DNA of 32,000 bases. Source: Ferroglobus placidus DSM 10642. Its GTDB lineage: Archaea > Halobacteriota > Archaeoglobi > Archaeoglobales > Archaeoglobaceae. Below are positions 26,977-32,000 of the stretch, piece by piece. Where the stretch lies: positions 840,001-872,000 of the forward strand of contig NC_013849.1 in assembly GCF_000025505.1 (NCBI RefSeq), given 5' to 3'. Position 1 is the stretch's first letter; each line of letters starts with the position of its first letter. A program made the translations under genes and the position numbers. The notes beneath the pieces were generated by a model, which searched no databases, was not told the DNA's origin, and was given only the letters and a program-made list of their open reading frames with translations.

Positions 26977-29243
26977 CCGCATCTCGTAAATCCGCACATC
27001 CTGCAAGTCATACAGCCTTCCCCGTACTCAAGGACGTTGCCGCACTCTGGGCAGACTCCTCCTATCAGCTTCGTTCTGTGCTCTTCCTCAGCCTCCTCCG
27101 TGAACTCCGTCAGAGGTTTTACCCCTTTAACTTCAAGCTTTATCTTCTTGTACTCTCCTTTGAGGTGTTTCTCCAAAACCTTAGCAACTCCGTCGGCGCA
27201 GCTCGTTATTATTTCTCCGTTGTCGAAGCCAACTGAGGGACACCTTATTCCCTTCAGCTGTCTTATCAGAGCTTCTGGATTTACCCAGCTCCTCAAAGCT
27301 ATGCTCAAAAGCCTTCCGATAGCTTCCGTTTGCGATGCTGCACATCCACCGCTCTTTCCGAGCTGAACAAAGACCTCAGCTATCCCGTACTCGTCCTCGT
27401 TTATGGTTACGTAAAGGCTTCCGCAACCGGTTTTCGTTTCTATCGTAACACCCTTCGTTATTCTCGGTCTCGGTCTCGGCTCTATGTATTTGACTGGAGG
27501 TCTAACTTTAGCCTCCTTCTCCTTTCTCTTTTTCTCTTCCTCAGTCTTTTTAATCCTCAACACCTGCTCTTCCCTGCTTCCATCTCTGTAAACAGTAATT
27601 CCCTTACATTTAAGCTCGTAAGCGAGGAGAAAAGCTTTTTCAACGTCAGCTTTCGTCGCGTGATTCGGAAGGTTTATCGTCTTACTTACCGCATTGTCGG
27701 TGTACTTCTGAAAAGCCGCCTGCATTCTGACGTGCCACTCAGCTGGAATGTCCAGTGCGCACTTGAAAACTCTCCTCACGGCTTCGGGAATTTCCCCAAT
27801 TCTCTGTATGCTTCCCTCCTCAGCCACCCTCTCGATTATGTCCTCTCTGTAAAGCCCGATCTCTTTCAGAGTTCTTTCAAATATCGGATTTATCTCGAAA
27901 AACTCCTCTCCATCGAGAATGTTCGTCCTCTTGTAAGCTAAAGCGAAGACTGGCTCGATACCACTGCTGCAACCGGCTATGATGCTTATCGTTCCTGTAG
28001 GAGCGATGGTAGTAGTTGTTGCGTTTCTCATTTTTATTCCTCTCTTCTCCCAAACGCTTCCCTTCCAGTTGGGGAAAACTCCTCTTTCCTCAGCGAGCAT
28101 TTGAGAAGCTTTGTGGGATTCTTCCTGAATGAACTTCATCACTTTCTCAGCCAAAGCCACAGCTTCTTCGCTGTCGTAAGGAATCTTCAGTTTGAAAAGA
28201 GCGTCAGCCCAACCCATCACTCCGAGTCCGATTTTTCTGTTACCTTTCGTCATTTTCTCTATTTCTGGAATAGGGTAGCTGTTTACATCAATTACGTTAT
28301 CGAGAAATCTCGTAGCTATGTGAACTACCTCCCTTAACCTCTCCCATTCAAAATCTCCTTCCTTTTCGTTCACGAACTTCGAGAGGTTGATGCTCCCGAG
28401 GTTGCAGGATTCGTAGGGCAAAAGCGGTTGTTCACCGCACGGGTTGGTTGCTTCAATCATTCCGACGTGAGGTGTAGGATTGTGCCTGTTTATCTCGTCT
28501 ATGAATATCAATCCCGGCTCCCCGTTTCTCCAAGCTCCTTCAACGATTAAGTTGAAAATTTTTCTCGCAGAAACTTTCTTAACAACTTCTCCGGTTCTCG
28601 GATTGATGAGTTCGTAATCTTCGTCATTTTTCAACGCTTCCATGAATTTGTCGGTAACAGCAACGCTTATGTTGAAGTTCCTCAGCACTCCCTCCTCCCA
28701 TTTGGCGGTGATGAATTCTTCTATGTCAGGATGGTGAACGCTTAAAACTCCCATGTTCGCTCCTCTCCTCCTTCCACCCTGCTTTATCTGCTCCGTAGCT
28801 GCGTCGAAGATTTTCATGAAGCTTACCGGTCCAGATGCCACTCCTTTGGTAGACTTAACGATGTCTCCCTTCGGTCTGATTCTCGAAAAGCTAAAGCCCG
28901 TTCCCCCGCCGCTCTTTTGCACTTTAGCCATGTCCCATAGGGCTTTGAAAATTCCGTCTATGCTGTCCTCTACCGGAATAACGAAGCAAGCGGAGAGCTG
29001 ATTCAACTCCGTTCCGGCGTTCATCAAAGTAGGCGAGTTTGGCATGAACTCCTGCCTGTCCATTATTTCGAAGAATTTCTTAGCCCAGTAGTCCGGATCG
29101 TTACCGTATTTTTCCTCAGCTTCGGCTATAGCGTTAGCTACTCTCCAGAGCATTTGCTCGGGAGTTTCTATCACGTTACCCTTATCGTCCTTAAGCAGGT
29201 ACCTCTTTTTTAAAACAACCTCAGCCGTTTTTGATAACTCCAT
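26973..29243 (-). CDS. nrdJ: Adenosylcobalamin-dependent (class II) ribonucleotide reductase
   Basis: 756 aa; [86 protein letters not shown], C-terminal Zn-ribbon [26 protein letters not shown]. Confidence 0.93.
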   Translation of the reverse strand: [756 protein letters not shown]

Positions 29244-29368
29244 ATTCCCACCTTATCAAGTTAATTTGATTTGATATCAGGTTTATATGATTTACTCCAC
29301 TCCAGAGGAATATTTGCGAAGCAATAGATTAAGCTTTTGTGTAGTCTGGAAGTAATATTCGGTAAAGA

Positions 29369-29377
29369 TTTTATAAT
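29369..29377 (+). promoter_or_regulatory. TATA-like element TTTTATAAT upstream of the cysteate synthase gene
   Basis: Ends 22 nt before ATG at 29400; supports MYVLSCYNCG as the start. Confidence 0.5.
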
Positions 29378-29399
29378 CCGCGGAAAAATCTTAAGCTGG

Positions 29400-30572
29400 A
29401 TGTACGTTCTCTCCTGCTACAACTGTGGAGAGACTTTTAAAGACTGGGGATTCGCTTTCCAGTGTCCTCACGGCTGCGACTCCCTCGTCTATACAAAATA
29501 CTCGGAAAAATTCTCCCCGAAAGGAGAGGGTTTGAGGAGGTACTCCTTCTGGATGCCGTTTGAGGTTGATGGGGATTTGCCGGTACTGGTTAAAAGTGAA
29601 GAGTTCAGCGAAATAGCCGATGCGGAGGTTTTCTTCGTAGTTCACGCTTACTGGCCGGAGATGGGCGTTAGGCTTAAAACGTGCTCCTTCAAAGAAGTCG
29701 AAGCTTTATCCTCTTTAAGGTATTCCGAAAACTTTGCAGAGGCAATAACTCTCGCTTCCGTCGGCAACACAGCCAACGCTTTTATAGAGCACGCTAAAAA
29801 TTTCGACCTCAAAGTCTACCTCTTCGTTCCGGAAAAGGTTTTTGAAGACCTTTTCGAGATTGAAAGGAGCGAGAACGTTACGGTGGTGAAAGTTAAAGGA
29901 TCGTACGATGACGCTCAAAGATTCGCAAGGATTTTTTCAGAAAATAGAGAATGCAAATTCGAAGGAGGGGGGAGAAACTTCGCGAGGAGGGATGCTTTAG
30001 CAACGAGCTGCTACGTTTACTTTGAAAAATTTAGGGAAATGCCGGATTACTACATTCAACCCATAGGCAGCGGGACGGGAGTTATAGCATTCTACGAAGG
30101 CTACAAGAGAGTTTCAAAAGAGTTTAACGTTAAAAAACCGAAGATAGTTGTCGTGCAGAACGAACCTTTTACTCCCGTTGTTGACGCTTGGAAGAAAAGG
30201 AGCAGAGAGATAAATTCCTACGAAGACCCCCTCGATAAGCTCTACGCGAAGGTTCTGTCTAACAGGAACCCGCTTTACAGCGTGAAAGGCGGACTTTACG
30301 ACATTCTTTCAGATACAGACGGAGAAGCTATAGGCATTTCAGAGGCTGAAGCAAAAAAAGCCGGAAAAATTTTCAAGAAGGAGTTTGGAATCACTCTACA
30401 TCCAGCTGCAGAAGTTGGTCTGGCTTCTCTTGAAAAAATTAATGTGAGAGGAAAAATACTCGTGAATGTAACCGGAGCCGGTTTGGACAGATTAAAGAGA
30501 GATTACAAGCTTAGAAGAGTTAAAGAAGACTTCGTCGTTTCCTCGGAAGAAGATCTGGAGATGATCGAATGA
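29400..30572 (+). CDS. Cysteate synthase (threonine-synthase-like PLP enzyme)
   Basis: 390 aa from MYVLSCYNCGETFKDWGFAFQCPHGCDSLVYTKYSEKF; PLP fold-type II pattern with SVGNTANAFIEHA and YYIQPIGSGTGVIAFYEG; adjacent to sulfopyruvate decarboxylase. Confidence 0.8.
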   Translation: MYVLSCYNCGETFKDWGFAFQCPHGCDSLVYTKYSEKFSPKGEGLRRYSFWMPFEVDGDLPVLVKSEEFSEIADAEVFFVVHAYWPEMGVRLKTCSFKEVEALSSLRYSENFAEAITLASVGNTANAFIEHAKNFDLKVYLFVPEKVFEDLFEIERSENVTVVKVKGSYDDAQRFARIFSENRECKFEGGGRNFARRDALATSCYVYFEKFREMPDYYIQPIGSGTGVIAFYEGYKRVSKEFNVKKPKIVVVQNEPFTPVVDAWKKRSREINSYEDPLDKLYAKVLSNRNPLYSVKGGLYDILSDTDGEAIGISEAEAKKAGKIFKKEFGITLHPAAEVGLASLEKINVRGKILVNVTGAGLDRLKRDYKLRRVKEDFVVSSEEDLEMIE

Positions 30573-31651
30573 TCGAGGAAGAGTTCTTAAAAACTTTGGA
30601 AAAAGCGAAAATAGACTACGTCCTAACTCTCCCTTGCGAGAGGGTAAAGAAGTTAATCTCTCTACTCCCCTCGAAATTCGAAATCGTAAACTTATCGAGA
30701 GAAGAGGAAGGAGTAGGGATTTCCGCCGGACTATACATGGGAGGCAAAAAGCCGGCAATGCTGATCCAAAGCTCCGGGTTTGGGAATTGCGTCAACGCTT
30801 TGATGAGCCTAACCAAATGCTACGAACTGCCTCTTCCGATTTTAATAAGCTGGAGGGGGGTTTACGGAGAAAAGATAGAGGCTCAGAAACCCCTCGGCGA
30901 AAGGTTGCCGAGGGTTCTTGAAGCTTTAGATATCGAATTCGTGGTATTCGACGGAAAAAATTTCGATGAAGTGGAAAATGCTATTAAAGAGAGCTTCGAA
31001 GAGGAGAAAATCGTAGCAGTTCTCCTCCGCCCGGACGTGTGGAGCGAAGCTGAAGACTTTTACTTCGAAAGACCGAAAGTAAAGAGGAAAGAGGTAAGAG
31101 TGGAGGAGTGCGAAGCAAAAATGACGAGATTCGAGCTTCTGAAAACGATTAAAGAGGAGCTCGAGGGGAAAATAGTTGTTTCGAACATAGGATATCCGAG
31201 CAGGGAACTCTACCACGTTTTGGATCAACCAACGAACTTCTACATGCTCGGAAGCATGGGATTGGCAAGTTCGATAGCTCTTGGAGTTGCTTTAACGGGG
31301 AAAGAAGTCATATCGATAGACGGAGACGGATCGATTCTTATGAATCCCTCCACGTTGTTCACAGCCGGAAGCGTTGATGTTGATCTAAAAATTCTGGCTG
31401 TAGATAACGCAGCCTACGGAAGTACGGGAAATCAGCCGACAGCTTCAGTTAAAGCAGATTTACAGCTCTTAGCAATCTCAGCAGCCTTCGAAAAAACTTT
31501 TAGGGCTAACGGAGAGGAAGTTAAAGAGATGCTGAAAGAGGGAGGGAAGGTTTTCATTCACTTCATAGCCAAGCCCGGAAATGCCAAAGTTCCGACGATT
31601 CCGATGAAAGCTGTTGAGATAAAGGAGAGGTTCATGGAGGCGATAAGATGA
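30569..31651 (+). CDS. comDE: Sulfopyruvate decarboxylase, alpha and beta domains fused (ComD-ComE like)
   Basis: 360 aa ThDP enzyme; N-half YVLTLPCERVKKLISLL...NLSREEEGVGISAGLYMGGKKPAMLIQSSGFGNCVNAL, C-half NFYMLGSMGLASSIALGVALTGKEVISIDGDGSILMNPSTLFTAG. Confidence 0.85.
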   Translation: MIEEEFLKTLEKAKIDYVLTLPCERVKKLISLLPSKFEIVNLSREEEGVGISAGLYMGGKKPAMLIQSSGFGNCVNALMSLTKCYELPLPILISWRGVYGEKIEAQKPLGERLPRVLEALDIEFVVFDGKNFDEVENAIKESFEEEKIVAVLLRPDVWSEAEDFYFERPKVKRKEVRVEECEAKMTRFELLKTIKEELEGKIVVSNIGYPSRELYHVLDQPTNFYMLGSMGLASSIALGVALTGKEVISIDGDGSILMNPSTLFTAGSVDVDLKILAVDNAAYGSTGNQPTASVKADLQLLAISAAFEKTFRANGEEVKEMLKEGGKVFIHFIAKPGNAKVPTIPMKAVEIKERFMEAIR

Positions 31652-32000
31652 AAATCGTCGTGGGAACGGAAAATCCGGCTAAAGTAAGAGGAGTGGAAAG
31701 AGCTTTCAAAAAGTTTTTCGACGACGTGGAAATTTTTAAAAGAGCAGTCAATCCGGAAGTTTCTCCTCAGCCTTTTGATGAGGAAACGATAATAGGAGCT
31801 ATTAACAGGGCGAAAAAAGCTTACAGCGAAGACTTCGATTTTTCAGTCGGTGTCGAGGCTGGGTTGTTCAAAACTCGGAGAACTCTTTCCGGATACGTGG
31901 ATTTTCAGGTGGCTTGCGTTTACGACGGGGAAAAGTTTACGATCGGCTTTGGTCCGGGTTTCGAGTATCCTAAGAGGGTTGTTGGGGAAGTTCTGAAGGG
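31648..32000 (+). CDS. Inosine/xanthosine triphosphatase (YjjX-like), 5' portion; runs off the window
   Basis: MKIVVGTENPAKVRGVERAFKKFFDDVEIFKRAVNPEVSPQPFDEETIIGAINRAKKAYSEDFDFSVGVEAGLF; ATG overlaps previous stop. Confidence 0.82.
   Translation, partial: MKIVVGTENPAKVRGVERAFKKFFDDVEIFKRAVNPEVSPQPFDEETIIGAINRAKKAYSEDFDFSVGVEAGLFKTRRTLSGYVDFQVACVYDGEKFTIGFGPGFEYPKRVVGEVLK

Noticed and set aside
27330-27941. 203-aa forward ORF opposite nrdJ
   Set aside because: Antisense of strongly conserved RNR sequence with no plausible domain.
1-32000. CRISPR arrays, IS elements, rRNA genes
   Set aside because: No regularly spaced direct repeats, transposase-like ORFs or rRNA sequence recognised on reading either strand.

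Overview
This 32 kb window is archaeal. Synteny and gene content (MCM, TBP, archaeal-type Ino1, thiolase/HMG-CoA synthase/DUF35 cluster, PAC2, cysteate synthase) suggest an Archaeoglobales-like euryarchaeon; that placement is inference. Most of it is dense housekeeping sequence. It contains a pst/phoU operon with an embedded ArsC-like reductase, an Lhr-type helicase, an Agl23-like membrane protein, tbp, ino1, the upper mevalonate cluster, an intein-split MCM helicase, a BCCP/DUF473-like/PAC2 cluster, a PaaK-like ligase, an SSS symporter, an Lrp regulator, a class II ribonucleotide reductase, and a coenzyme M-type pair (cysteate synthase plus fused sulfopyruvate decarboxylase) followed by a YjjX-like NTPase. 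The accessory part is the roughly 3.5 kb between tRNA-Arg(CCT) and tRNA-Gln(CTG). It looks like the decayed remains of an integrated element: an int(N)-like ORF runs antisense into the tRNA-Arg 3' half, a tyrosine-recombinase C-terminal fragment follows, and two toxin-antitoxin modules lie between them. One of these modules has a toxin broken by several lesions, an intact HTH antitoxin and a perfect 9-bp-arm palindrome in its promoter. Other points of interest are two small ORFs missed by the ORF track (58 aa and 26 aa), an MCM intein at the Walker A site that carries an extra HTH segment, and a methyltransferase that seems to lack its central core. I did not find a clearly new defence system. 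No database searches were run; family calls come from reading the protein sequences.
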